A DNA stretch of 64,000 nt from Vulcanimicrobiota bacterium. Lineage in GTDB: Bacteria; Vulcanimicrobiota; Vulcanimicrobiia; Vulcanimicrobiales; Vulcanimicrobiaceae. Positions 50,506 to 60,543 of this stretch are shown here, one piece after another. Below the pieces are notes generated by a model. The model saw nothing but the letters and a program-made list of their open reading frames with translations, searched no databases and was not told the DNA's origin. The first letter of the stretch is position 1; every line of letters begins with the position of its first letter. The position numbers were made by a program, and so were the translations under genes. The stretch lies in contig CAVZQC010000004.1 of assembly GCA_963777315.1 (NCBI GenBank), positions 672,001-736,000 of the forward strand, given 5' to 3'.

Positions 50506-51449
50506 GAATCGCCGTCCTCGCTTCGCGCGCCGCGAAAATGGGCCGGCAGCGGCAACTCTTCGTCGAGCAGCAGATCGGGAAGCACCGCGTTCAAATCCCC
50601 CAGCAGCGGCAGCGTCGCGCGCGCCAGATCCACTTCACGCATATCGACCGTCGCTCGAATGACGTGCGCGCCCAGCGCAGGCGCCTGCACGAGCGTGCGG
50701 CCGTGCGGATCGACGACTCGCGAGCTTCCCGTCATTCCTTTGCCGCCCTCGAACCCGGCCAGTCCGGCATACAGCAGATAGACTCCGTGTTCGGTTGCCG
50801 TGGCGTGCAGAATCTCGCGCCAGCGCGCAATGCTTCCCAGTTCGTCGTCTTCTTCGATCCCCCGGCCGGGAGCGGCGCTGGGCACGAGCAATATCCGCGC
50901 GCCTTTGACGGCGGCAATCGTGGGCATGATGGCGTGCCATACGTCTTCGCAAATAAGCATCGCGGCTATCCCGAAGCGCGTGTGGAACACCTGCAGCCGG
51001 CGCCCGCGCGAAAGAAAGCGCTCTTCGTCGAAAACGCCGTACGTCGGAAGAAACATCTTGCGGTGCACGTGGCGGATTCGAACCGACGATCCGGCGATCT
51101 CCACGTACACCGCGCTGTTGTAATACGTGCCGCCGGCATTTTCATAAAAACCGCAGCACACGTCCACGCGCTTATCGCCGTTCGCGCTGCGCCACACGCC
51201 GGCGAGATCGTCTGCAAATTTTCGCGCGTCCACGGCGAGTTCGTACACCGCGCCTTCCAGGAAATATCCGGTGAGCGCGGCTTCGGGCAAAACGATCAGA
51301 TCCGCCGGCGAAGCGCCGGTGCCGATTTGCGCGAATATATCGCCCAATGCGTGCAGGTTGCGCTCGTACCGCCCCTTGTGCGGTTTGACTTGCACGATCG
51401 CCGCACGAAACTGGGCGGTATCGTGCGGCAAGTTATCCGGCGGTTCCAC
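50502..51449 (-). CDS. Nitrilase-fold glutaminase, probable partner subunit of NadE
   Basis: Triad LPE..LTGY / RKMFLPTYGVFDEERF / LICED.W; stop overlaps the nadE ATG; start 51449 or 51431. Confidence 0.85.
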   Translation of the reverse strand: MEPPDNLPHDTAQFRAAIVQVKPHKGRYERNLHALGDIFAQIGTGASPADLIVLPEAALTGYFLEGAVYELAVDARKFADDLAGVWRSANGDKRVDVCCGFYENAGGTYYNSAVYVEIAGSSVRIRHVHRKMFLPTYGVFDEERFLSRGRRLQVFHTRFGIAAMLICEDVWHAIMPTIAAVKGARILLVPSAAPGRGIEEDDELGSIARWREILHATATEHGVYLLYAGLAGFEGGKGMTGSSRVVDPHGRTLVQAPALGAHVIRATVDMREVDLARATLPLLGDLNAVLPDLLLDEELPLPAHFRGARSEDGDS

Positions 51450-52869
51450 CAAGCGCGATTTCCGGCTCGATCTCCCCGGGGCCCGCCACTTGAATTTTGG
51501 CCGCGCACTCCTCGGCCGGATACGTCCAGATCTCCGCAAGCGTCGGATGCAGATGCGGAATGGCCATGAACTCCTTGACGGAGGCGCCGTAATGCAGGGC
51601 GACGATCATTTCGTGAATGAGGTCGGAACCGTGAGGACCCAGGATCGCCGCGCCCAAAATCTTTCCGTCGCCGGCAGCGGCCATGATCTTGACGAATCCC
51701 TTGGTTTTGTTCAAGCACTGGGCTTTACCGTGCTCGGCGAAGTCGTACGCGCCTTTCACGTACGCGACGCCCTGAGTTTGGAGCTCGCGTTCGGTCTTGC
51801 CCGCAACGGCGACCTGCGGATCGCTAAAGATCGTGTGCGTCTTCTGCAGCGAGTAGTCGGCTTTCTCGCTGCCGCCGGTAACGGCATTGCGCGCGGCTAT
51901 TTCTCCCTCGTAAATCGCCACGTGGACGAGCATATGCTTGCCGGCGACGTCGCCGATAGCGTAAAAATCCGGATTGCACGTTCGCAGAGTCTCGTCGGTC
52001 TCGATGCCCGTGATCGCATGGCATTTGACGTCGGCTCTGTCCAAGTCCAAGCCGTCGATGTTCGGAATGCGCCCTAGACAGTAGAGCAGCTCTTCAGCCT
52101 CAATCTGACCCTCGACGCCTTCCCGCACCACGTGTACGGCCTTTTTCGAACCATTCTTACTCACGCCGACGATCTGCGTCTGCGTGTGAACCGTGATGCC
52201 TTCTTCGCGAAAATACTGGGTGAGCGCATCGCCGATGTCGTGATCTTCCCCCGAAAGCAAATGGCGGCTTCGCAAAACCATCGACGTCTGCACGCCCATG
52301 CGGGCGAAAAACTGACCCAGTTCGCAGCCGATGTACCCGCCGCCGAGCACGACCAGCGATTTCGGCAGGCGCTGCAGCTCCAGCGCACCGTCGCTGTCGA
52401 TATAGCCCACGTCGCGCAGGCCGTGCACCGCGCTTGCCGGTGCAACGACGCTGCCCGTTGCGATGATGAATCGCTCTCCCTCCAGGATCAGGTCTTCGCC
52501 GACCTGCACCTCGTGCGGGGAGAGAAAACGCGCCGGACCCATGTACAGCGGGAACTCGTCGATGCCCTCGATCCGGTAGTCGGCAAAGTCTTTGATCAGT
52601 TCCCGCTTACGCCGCATGATGTGCGGGAAGTCGATCGAGATCGCGCCGGCATGTATGCCCAGCTCGGACGCGTCCCGCATGTCCTGCGCCGCGTCGCTGG
52701 AAGCAATGAGCGTTTTGCTGGGCATGCAGCCGCGCAAGATGCACAGCCCTCCCAGCGGTCCGTGATCGATCAGCGCGACGTCGGCGCCGAGATCTCGCGC
52801 CGTGCGGGCGGCGGCAAAACCGCCCGATCCTGCACCGACGACGATCAGGCGATGCTGCTTGCGCTGCAC
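51433..52869 (-). CDS. Pyridine nucleotide-disulfide oxidoreductase, dihydrolipoamide-dehydrogenase-like
   Basis: VVGAGSGG, GGLCILRGCMPSK, GGGYIGCE, HPTLAE; no C-terminal Cys-Cys pair. Confidence 0.85.
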   Translation of the reverse strand: MQRKQHRLIVVGAGSGGFAAARTARDLGADVALIDHGPLGGLCILRGCMPSKTLIASSDAAQDMRDASELGIHAGAISIDFPHIMRRKRELIKDFADYRIEGIDEFPLYMGPARFLSPHEVQVGEDLILEGERFIIATGSVVAPASAVHGLRDVGYIDSDGALELQRLPKSLVVLGGGYIGCELGQFFARMGVQTSMVLRSRHLLSGEDHDIGDALTQYFREEGITVHTQTQIVGVSKNGSKKAVHVVREGVEGQIEAEELLYCLGRIPNIDGLDLDRADVKCHAITGIETDETLRTCNPDFYAIGDVAGKHMLVHVAIYEGEIAARNAVTGGSEKADYSLQKTHTIFSDPQVAVAGKTERELQTQGVAYVKGAYDFAEHGKAQCLNKTKGFVKIMAAAGDGKILGAAILGPHGSDLIHEMIVALHYGASVKEFMAIPHLHPTLAEIWTYPAEECAAKIQVAGPGEIEPEIALGGTAG

Positions 52870-53850
52870 TTACACGGCCGCCGGGCGCGCGCCCAGCCGA
52901 TGCACGGATTCGATGAAACGCACGGTGCCGTCCGAATGCATGACGATGGAGTGCGTGCGCGCATTGTTGCCGAAGAACCGCACGCCCCGCGTGAGATCGC
53001 CGTCGGTAATGCCGGTCGCGCAAAACACCAAATGCTCGCCTTTGACGAGATCGCCGATGGTCAGAATCCGATCCTCTTGCCCGAAGCCCATCGTTTGCGC
53101 GCGCTGCCGTTCGTCGTCATTGCGAAATTCCAGCCTGCCCATGAAGTTGCCGCCAAGGCATTTGAGCGCCGCAGCGGCGAGCACGCCTTCGGGCGCGCCG
53201 CCCGTTCCCATCGCTACGTGTATGCCCGTACCGTCTACGGCCGTCGCGATGCAGGCATCGACGTCGCCGTCCGAGATGAGTTTGATGCGTGCCCCCGCAT
53301 GGCGGACCTCATCTATCAGATCGGCGTGACGCGGCCGGTCGAGAATCACGACCGTGACGTCGTTGATCGGTTTTTCCAACGCGTTGGCAACGGCTTCCAG
53401 ATTTTCACTGACGGGCGCATCGATGTGAACGTACGGTGCTGCTTTGGCGCCGACCGCCAGTTTTTTCATGTACGTATCCGGAGCGTTGAGCAGTCCGCCG
53501 CGTTCGGCAATGGCCATGACGGCGATCGAGTTGGGCAGTCCGTTTGCGACCAAGTTCGTCCCTTCCACGGGATCGACCGCGATATCCACTTCGAATCCGC
53601 CGCTCCCGAGCTGTTCGCCGATGTAGAGCATGGGCGCTTCGTCGCGTTCGCCTTCACCGATGACGATGCGCGCGGAAATAGCCATGGCGCCCAGCGTTTC
53701 ACGCATCCGCTCGACTGCGGCGTTGTCGGCGACGTCGCGCTCGCCGCGGCCCATCCACCGCGATGCCGCAAGCGCCGCACTCTCGGTCACTTTCACGAAA
53801 TCCAGCGTGTATACCGGGCTGGTCGCCGTGCGCGCAATCATGGTCGCCAT
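52870..53850 (-). CDS. glpX: Class II fructose-1,6-bisphosphatase
   Basis: VIGEGERDEAPMLYIGE, AVDPVEGT, LDRPRH, GGAPEGV, ATGITDG. Confidence 0.96.
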   Translation of the reverse strand: MATMIARTATSPVYTLDFVKVTESAALAASRWMGRGERDVADNAAVERMRETLGAMAISARIVIGEGERDEAPMLYIGEQLGSGGFEVDIAVDPVEGTNLVANGLPNSIAVMAIAERGGLLNAPDTYMKKLAVGAKAAPYVHIDAPVSENLEAVANALEKPINDVTVVILDRPRHADLIDEVRHAGARIKLISDGDVDACIATAVDGTGIHVAMGTGGAPEGVLAAAALKCLGGNFMGRLEFRNDDERQRAQTMGFGQEDRILTIGDLVKGEHLVFCATGITDGDLTRGVRFFGNNARTHSIVMHSDGTVRFIESVHRLGARPAAV

Positions 53851-53901
53851 GCCGGTTTGGCTACAAGGGAAGCGGGGCGATTCCTTTAACACCAATTCCT
53901 C

Positions 53902-55425
53902 GTGTCAGCCCACGTCGAACGTTCCCGTATCGCGCGCGGACAGCTCGCCGTTTCCGAGCATTTACTACGCGCCGGTTGGGGACCGCTGCTCACGGTGGTC
54001 GCCGCCGGGTTAACGCTCGGCTTCTTTGCATGGTACGGTTTGATCGCGCCGGCGCGCCATCCGGCGTTGGTTCAAATCGCGCTGCTCATTGCGCTAGCCG
54101 TCGGACCCGCGGTCGCGATCGCGATCTGGCTGCGCTACAGCGCGTATTTTTCCGCGCGCACGAACGTTGCCTATCAGCGATCGCTGCAGTTCGACGCGTT
54201 TTCCTGGCTGCCGTTCGTCCTGCTGTGGCTCGCGTTCGCTCTGCCGGTTTCGATTACCCACGGCGGCGCGCGCTTGTTCCTGTACTGCTTTGCGCTGTTT
54301 TGTTTGACGAAACTCGCCCTGGCCGTGCGCTTCAACACCACGGTGCGCGACGTCACCGTGGATTTCGTCGTGACGCGGTTTGCGATCATCGTCATCGCCG
54401 AGCTGGCAGCGGTGATCATCGGACAGCGCTCGGGCGTGCACGTGCAGGAATCCCGCAACCTGCTGCTGGCCGTCTGGGGACGCTGGGACGCGGTCCACTA
54501 CATCGACATCGCCACGCTGGGCTACCACGGCACCGACATGGCGTTCTTCCCGCTCTACCCGCTGCTCATCGCCGGACTGGGGTTTTTGATCGGCAACCAT
54601 TTGGTGGCCGGCCTGGTGATTTCGAACGTGGCGCTGTTCTTCGGCTTGCTGTATCTGTATAAACTGCTCGAGCACGAGTTCGACCGCGACGTGGCGCGCC
54701 GGGCAATGTTTTACTGTTCGATTTTTCCGACCTCGCTGTACTTCTCGGCCGTCTACACCGAGGCGCTTTTTCTCATGCTCACGGTGGCGTCGTTCTACTA
54801 CATGCGCGAACGCCGCTGGTGGCTGGCGGGCGTCATCGGCGTGTTTGCCGCGACGACGCGGGTCGAAGGGATCCTCCTGATCGTGCCGTTTTCCATCGAG
54901 TGGTTCAGCGCGCATCGCGCCGGCGGCCGCGCGGCGTGGCGCGATTTTCCCGCTATCGCGCTCATTCCGCTAGGGCTGCTGCTGTATATGGGATACTTGT
55001 GGGTGCTCGGCGGCGATCCGCTGTACTTCTCGCACGTGCAGGTGCATTGGGACCGGCATCTGGCCGCACCTTGGACGTCGGTGATCAACGCGTTTCACAA
55101 GATCGCGCATTCCCCGTTGCCGCAAACGGTCGCCAATCAAACGCTCGAGCTCGTGTTTACCGCGCTGATGATCGGCGTGTTGGTCGCGGGCTGGCGGCGC
55201 CTGAAGCCTTCCTATATCGCTTACATGGCGTTGTCGATATTGGTGCCTCTGTGTACCTCGAGCTTGATGAGCATGCCGCGTTTCGCCCTGGTGCTTTTTC
55301 CGATGTTCGCCATACTCGCCCTTTGGGGAAGACGCCCGTCGGTCAACAATGCGATTCTGGCGTTTTCGCTTCCGCTTCTCGGGCTGTTTACGGTGCTGTT
55401 TGCCGACTGGTATTGGGTTGCCTAA
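53902..55425 (+). CDS. GT-C mannosyltransferase family (PIG-V-like)
   Basis: RWDA.HY..IA..GY, AFFPLYP, FPTS.YFSAVYTEALF; many TM helices. Confidence 0.88.
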   Translation: MSAHVERSRIARGQLAVSEHLLRAGWGPLLTVVAAGLTLGFFAWYGLIAPARHPALVQIALLIALAVGPAVAIAIWLRYSAYFSARTNVAYQRSLQFDAFSWLPFVLLWLAFALPVSITHGGARLFLYCFALFCLTKLALAVRFNTTVRDVTVDFVVTRFAIIVIAELAAVIIGQRSGVHVQESRNLLLAVWGRWDAVHYIDIATLGYHGTDMAFFPLYPLLIAGLGFLIGNHLVAGLVISNVALFFGLLYLYKLLEHEFDRDVARRAMFYCSIFPTSLYFSAVYTEALFLMLTVASFYYMRERRWWLAGVIGVFAATTRVEGILLIVPFSIEWFSAHRAGGRAAWRDFPAIALIPLGLLLYMGYLWVLGGDPLYFSHVQVHWDRHLAAPWTSVINAFHKIAHSPLPQTVANQTLELVFTALMIGVLVAGWRRLKPSYIAYMALSILVPLCTSSLMSMPRFALVLFPMFAILALWGRRPSVNNAILAFSLPLLGLFTVLFADWYWVA

Positions 55426-55819
55426 CATCATCGGGCGCCGCGGGGTCCGGCAGTTCGTCAAATTCGGCACGGTCGGATCGACCGGCCTGGTCATCAATTT
55501 CGTCATCGCGCACGCGCTGCAGAAATCGACGACCATTCCCAACGCGGCGGATTTTGCCATCGGCTTCATGGCCGGCGGTATTTCCAACTGGTATCTCAAC
55601 CGCGTTTGGACGTTCCGGTCAGGGGCGCATCCGGTACTCGAGAGCGCCCAGTTCCTGACCGTTTCGGCAATTTCGCTGGGTTTCGGCGAGGTGGTATGGT
55701 GGATTGCCGGCCCGTTCGGACACGCGCATTTTTCGACGACGTGGCTCATCGCCACGCTGGTCGGCACCTTTACCAATTTTTTCATCAATAAATATTGGAC
55801 GTTCAAACACGTCTTGTAG
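55418..55819 (+). CDS. GtrA-family flippase
   Basis: QFVKFGTVG, NWYLNRVWTF, NFFINKYWTF; TTG start overlapping the upstream stop. Confidence 0.88.
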   Translation: MPNIIGRRGVRQFVKFGTVGSTGLVINFVIAHALQKSTTIPNAADFAIGFMAGGISNWYLNRVWTFRSGAHPVLESAQFLTVSAISLGFGEVVWWIAGPFGHAHFSTTWLIATLVGTFTNFFINKYWTFKHVL

Positions 55820-57417
55820 CCCTCGCGCGGGGACGGCAAGGCCTTTGGCGCCTGGCTTTAGGCGCGATTCTGCTGCTCGCGCTGGCGCTGCGACTGCAGG
55901 GGCTGCACAATCCGATTCTCGATCATCCCGGCTGGCGGCAAGGCGATACCGCCTCGATCGCGCGCAACTTCGCAACGCTGCAATACGACATCTTCTTCCC
56001 GCAGACCGACTACAACGGTCCGCCGCCGAATTACGTCGAACTCGAACTGCAGATCGTTCCGATCGTTGCAGCCACCGTGTACAAAGCCGTCGGCGTGCAC
56101 GAGGTCATCGGGCGGCTGACCAGCATCGCGTTCAGCCTGGCGACCGTTGCAGCGCTCGCGCTATTCGGGCGCTGGCTGTTCGCGAGCGAGCTTGCCGGCG
56201 CATTGGCGGCGCTGCTTTTCGCGATGATGCCGGGGAGCTTCTACTACGGGCGCACCTTCACGCCCGACACCGCCATGGTGTTTTTCCTGAGCGCAGCGCT
56301 GTACGCCATCGCGCGCATGCTGGTGGACGACGAAACGTGGACGCCGCGGCAGCTCGCCGGCGCCACGGCGCTGCTGGCACTCGCGTTTTTGGCCAAGCCC
56401 GTTTCGCTCGTCGCGCTCGTACCGATCGGCGCACTGATCGCGCAACGCGCTCTTTCGGCTAGAACGCTGCGATGGCCGCCCATTGCGCTGATGCTTGCGT
56501 TGCCGTTGGGTTTGCTGTACGGATACGATGCGGTCGTCGCATCGCACGCGGAATGGCACTGGGCATCCGGCATTGCCAAACTGCACGTGCTTCCTTCACT
56601 GCTGACTTCGCTGCACGGCGGCCGGGCGCTGCACGGCAAACTCCTTGCATTGCGACAAGTGCTCGGCATGCTCGGGCATACGATGATCGGTCCGGCGATA
56701 AGCGCGCTCGGCATCCTCGGATTCGTTCTGCCGCCGCACGTCGTGCGCACGCGCACGCTGCTGTGGTCGTGGCTCGCCGGCGGGCTGATGTACACGTACG
56801 TCGTCGTAACGGTCGAGCGCGTCGATTACTACATGTATCTTCTACTGCCCCTCGCTGCGCTCGCCGGCGCAGGTTTCCTCGCGCGGGTGTGCCATGCCGT
56901 TCGAGCGAGCGGCATCCGCACGCCGCTCAAACTCGCTGCTGCAGCGGCAGCTTTGGCCGCATTGGCTGCCGTCACTTGGCAAAATGCACGGATCGTCAAA
57001 CCGTATTACCGCTACGGCAAAGACGTCTACCGCAACGCCGTCCGATTGGATGAAACCCTTGCGCCCGGCGCGCTGGTCGTCATGGGACACTACGATCCGT
57101 CGATACTGTACTACATCGGGCGGTATGGCTGGGAAGAGGACCCGTATCTGTGGACGCCGTTCGACGAGCAAAGCGCAATCCGTAAAGGCGCCCGCTATTT
57201 CATCAACGTCGAGAAGAACCGCTTCAACCGCAACTTGGAGCTGTGCGCGTGGATGCAGCGCTTTCCCGTCATCGACGCCCGGGCGCAGTGGCCCGTGTAC
57301 CTGACCGACCCGTTGAAGATCAAACCGGGCGCCGAGCAGCAGTGGCGGCTTTTCCGAAGAGCCGAGAAACGAGGCGGCGGCCGCCGTTGGCTGGACGCAC
57401 GCGGGCTGTGCCGCTGA
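55795..57417 (+). CDS. GT39/ArnT-like (PMT_2) glycosyltransferase
   Basis: WRQGDTASIARNF, GRL.SI.FS, RTFTPD, LAKP; multi-TM. Confidence 0.82.
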   Translation: MDVQTRLVALARGRQGLWRLALGAILLLALALRLQGLHNPILDHPGWRQGDTASIARNFATLQYDIFFPQTDYNGPPPNYVELELQIVPIVAATVYKAVGVHEVIGRLTSIAFSLATVAALALFGRWLFASELAGALAALLFAMMPGSFYYGRTFTPDTAMVFFLSAALYAIARMLVDDETWTPRQLAGATALLALAFLAKPVSLVALVPIGALIAQRALSARTLRWPPIALMLALPLGLLYGYDAVVASHAEWHWASGIAKLHVLPSLLTSLHGGRALHGKLLALRQVLGMLGHTMIGPAISALGILGFVLPPHVVRTRTLLWSWLAGGLMYTYVVVTVERVDYYMYLLLPLAALAGAGFLARVCHAVRASGIRTPLKLAAAAAALAALAAVTWQNARIVKPYYRYGKDVYRNAVRLDETLAPGALVVMGHYDPSILYYIGRYGWEEDPYLWTPFDEQSAIRKGARYFINVEKNRFNRNLELCAWMQRFPVIDARAQWPVYLTDPLKIKPGAEQQWRLFRRAEKRGGGRRWLDARGLCR

Positions 57418-57485
57418 GGCAAATGGGCCGCGCTCAGGTCCTACGGCCGTTTGCCGACATGTAATGAGAGTTTAACAACGCTGAC

Positions 57486-58784
57486 GTGACTTCACGCGCA
57501 CTGGTCCCCCTATCGCAATCATCGAGCTTGCCGGCTACGCGCAGCGCCGTGCAGGGTTCCGTTTGCGTGCGCGCCGCACGCCGGGGCCTGGTTACGGCAG
57601 AGATGCACGTCGAAGTGGAAAACCACTCCGAAACGCCGATGATGTGCGCTTTTTCCAGCGTTCGCGGCGGCCGGGAAACCCCGTTCGGCCCGCAGTACGT
57701 GTGGATCGATCCGCTCACCACCGGCGTCATTCCGCTGCGCGTACCGTGGAAAGCCGGAGCGCTGGCCGTGCGTCTGCGCGGCGCGAACGCCGATTACCGC
57801 GCTCAGGCAGACGTTCCCCGCCCGCACATCTTCAGAATCGCGGGAGGTCTGGCAATTGCGGCCGTCATCGCGCTCGCGGTTGTCGCGCTGCTTCGCCCGG
57901 GCATTCGTTCGCTCTCCGTTCCGGACCGGGTGCTGGCCGGCGACATGGTTCACGCAACCTTTGCACTTCGCGGCGCCGGGCGCGCGCAATACGTGGTCAG
58001 CGATGGCCGATCGATCGTCGCGCGCGGCACGCTGTCCGATGCGTCCGGCTCGTTCTCGTTTCCGACTTCGGCAGGCGCGGCCACGTATACCGTCGCGCTG
58101 CTGATGCACGGAATGGCCGGAACTGCACAGGCACGCGCCAGCGTGCGCGCGCAGGCCCTTCCGCAGCCGCTCATGCCCGCCTCGATCGGAAGTTTGGCCG
58201 TAACGCCGGCAGTGGCGGTCTCCGGAAAACCGTTCCAGGCGCGTTATGCGTCCAACGCCCAAGCCGGCATGGTCAAACTGTTCGACGATTCGGGCGTGGA
58301 GTGGGACGTGCAGCCCTATCGTGCAGGCGGCGTGACGGCGTTCGTCGCGCCTCACGTCGACCGTCCAAGGCATTTCGCGATTCATTTGCAAGTGCGTCGC
58401 GGCGCTTTTTACGCCGACGCGACGACCGGCCTTGTCGTCGTGCCCGCTACGCCGTCGCCTTCACCTTCACCGCGTCCCGCGGATCTGGCCATCGCACCAC
58501 CGCCGAACGAGGCTTCGATCGCATTGACGCCTCGATATATCGTTTCGGGTTCGTCGTTCAGCGTTCGGCCGCAATCCGCTCGAGCCGGCACGCTCACCGG
58601 CATGGTGACGCTGCAGGACGACAAAGGCGCATCGATCGCGTCGACGCCTGCAAACGGTTCGAAAACCGTAGCGTTTTCCGCGCCCGTCGTCACGCGGACG
58701 ACGCGCTACTTCATCGTAGCAACGGTCGAACGTGCCAAGACGAGCCAGCTGGTCGTCACGCCGCTCGACGTGCACGCTCAATAA
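57486..58784 (+). CDS. Hypothetical single-pass membrane protein with repeated beta-sandwich-like domains
   Basis: One TM helix, then about three beta-rich units ending F.AP.V.....; PSPSPSP linker. Confidence 0.65.
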   Translation: MTSRALVPLSQSSSLPATRSAVQGSVCVRAARRGLVTAEMHVEVENHSETPMMCAFSSVRGGRETPFGPQYVWIDPLTTGVIPLRVPWKAGALAVRLRGANADYRAQADVPRPHIFRIAGGLAIAAVIALAVVALLRPGIRSLSVPDRVLAGDMVHATFALRGAGRAQYVVSDGRSIVARGTLSDASGSFSFPTSAGAATYTVALLMHGMAGTAQARASVRAQALPQPLMPASIGSLAVTPAVAVSGKPFQARYASNAQAGMVKLFDDSGVEWDVQPYRAGGVTAFVAPHVDRPRHFAIHLQVRRGAFYADATTGLVVVPATPSPSPSPRPADLAIAPPPNEASIALTPRYIVSGSSFSVRPQSARAGTLTGMVTLQDDKGASIASTPANGSKTVAFSAPVVTRTTRYFIVATVERAKTSQLVVTPLDVHAQ

Positions 58785-58795
58785 AGCAGCGCCGT

Positions 58796-59485
58796 CTAAC
58801 AACTCGGGCTGAGCGGCAGCGGCGTCGTGGGGATTGCGCCCATAATCGGCATGGTCCACGCGCCGCCTTGCGGAGCTTGTTCGCCCACGAGCGACCCTGA
58901 AACTCCGGCCTGCAAGTCGGGATAGCAGCGGAAAATCGTCGCGATGTCGGGCGTGTTCACGAAATTTTGATTTGCGCCCAGCATGCTGAATGGACCGGTG
59001 GCGCCCTGAATATAGAGCGGAATCGCCTTGGTCGCTCCAATGGTCGCCGCGCTGTGGATGAGCAGAAGCGGAGTAGTAAGCGCACCGCCTCGTATTGCGG
59101 CCGTTCCGGCAACGCAGGTGCCGTTCGACGTCGAGCCGTCCGGCCACCAAAACGGCGCCGCTTTGGGACCCGGAAACGCTCCGTTCGCATTGTCGTTCAT
59201 CAGTCCATCGGTGGCCGGCGTTGCGCAGGCGCTCGGCGAAGGCTGCGCGAGCGCTCCGACGTTGTTGTAGACCGCGTACACGCTGTATTGCGTGTACGGA
59301 CTGCTCTCGTTCGAAATAAGTCCGCTGTACCGCACGGCGATTTGCGCGCGTTCGTTGAGAACGCTCACTTGAACGATCCAAATAATTCCGAACAGCACCA
59401 GCAGAAACAAGGGTAGAAACACGACCGATTCGATGAGCGCCTGACCGCGTTCGCCGTGGCGCGCAGTCGCCCGGGCTAGTTGCAC
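58796..59485 (-). CDS. TadE-like pseudopilin
   Basis: ERGQALIESVVFLPLFLLVLFGII; GTG 59485. Confidence 0.85.
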   Translation of the reverse strand: MQLARATARHGERGQALIESVVFLPLFLLVLFGIIWIVQVSVLNERAQIAVRYSGLISNESSPYTQYSVYAVYNNVGALAQPSPSACATPATDGLMNDNANGAFPGPKAAPFWWPDGSTSNGTCVAGTAAIRGGALTTPLLLIHSAATIGATKAIPLYIQGATGPFSMLGANQNFVNTPDIATIFRCYPDLQAGVSGSLVGEQAPQGGAWTMPIMGAIPTTPLPLSPSC

Positions 59486-60543
59486 GCAATCGCTCCCATG
59501 TTCAGCGTGCCCGAGAACGGCTTGATCGGCATCGCGGACCACCATCCCGTGGCGATCAGCAAACCTTGATCGCTCGGCACGTACGTGAATCCGTATTTGC
59601 CGTTGGACTGCGCCGGATTACCTTGGTTGTACGGATTATCGGGGTTGCCGCCGTAGTCGATTCGATAATTAGGATCGTTGTTGGGAAACGCCGGCGTGCC
59701 CGTGGTCGTTTCGGGGAATTCGCTCGGCTGGAATACCGCGCCGGTCGTCGGGTTGAGAATGGATCCGGTGTATTCGAACTCTTGCGTGCTCTGGATGCTG
59801 GTCGCGGCGGCGCGTCCGATCGCCTTGAACGTGGGCGCCTTGAAGGTAAAGAAGCTGGGAATCATCGACGTTACCGTCGAGCAAGCGACGATCTCGACTT
59901 GCAGCGGCTGAAGATCGGTTTTGGGATTCCCGTTCGTGCCGCCGCCCACGACGAACGCGCAGCAGTCCGCATACACGTCCTCCAAGTAGTTGTTGTTGCG
60001 CGGCACGGCTGCGACCAACGTGTATTTAAAGGCGCAATCGCCGCCATTGGCCGCGCCGCAGTTGGCTTGATACTGCGCGAGCGCGTTCTTGATCTCGGTG
60101 ATCTGGTCCGATTGCGTGGGAGTACTGACCCGGTTGAGCAGCAGCACGTCGGCCGTGTATCGTTGAACCGCGTCCAGATACTGGCCCCGCAGATTGACGT
60201 ACATCTGGTCGCAGCTCTGAGGATCGGGCGTGGTGTCCGGCTCGGGCAGACAGCCGCCCTGGTCGTATACCACCTCGTCGATGTCACGAATGAGATAGCG
60301 AATCCGGTACTCTTCGACCGCTGCCGCGTGAAGAATCGACGTCGTCTGGTTCCACTGCACGGTTTGCGCCGCCAGCAAGCCTCGTGCCGCGGCGTCGGCC
60401 GCGTTCTGGGCGCGGATTTGCCAACGCAGCGCGCTGCCGTAATCGAGCACCATGACGAGCATGACCAGAACCGAAAGCGAGCCGAACGCCCACACCGGCA
60501 GCGTTTGGCCGCGTTGTCCGTGCAGGCGCGGATGCGGATGCAT
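59476..60543 (-). CDS. TadG-like pilus assembly protein
   Basis: QRGQ.L..., VLDYG.......AQNAADAAA; TGATG overlap with the upstream gene. Confidence 0.85.
   Translation of the reverse strand: MHPHPRLHGQRGQTLPVWAFGSLSVLVMLVMVLDYGSALRWQIRAQNAADAAARGLLAAQTVQWNQTTSILHAAAVEEYRIRYLIRDIDEVVYDQGGCLPEPDTTPDPQSCDQMYVNLRGQYLDAVQRYTADVLLLNRVSTPTQSDQITEIKNALAQYQANCGAANGGDCAFKYTLVAAVPRNNNYLEDVYADCCAFVVGGGTNGNPKTDLQPLQVEIVACSTVTSMIPSFFTFKAPTFKAIGRAAATSIQSTQEFEYTGSILNPTTGAVFQPSEFPETTTGTPAFPNNDPNYRIDYGGNPDNPYNQGNPAQSNGKYGFTYVPSDQGLLIATGWWSAMPIKPFSGTLNMGAIACN

Noticed and set aside
51433..52869. Mercuric reductase MerA
   Set aside because: No C-terminal Cys-Cys pair, no HMA domain, no mer genes; HPTLAE motif is Lpd-like.
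52132..53889. Long antisense or alternate-frame ORFs (also 24761-26203, 21793-22911, 48480-49718, 57563-58900)
   Set aside because: Arg/Ala-rich shadows of well-supported genes, expected in high-GC DNA.
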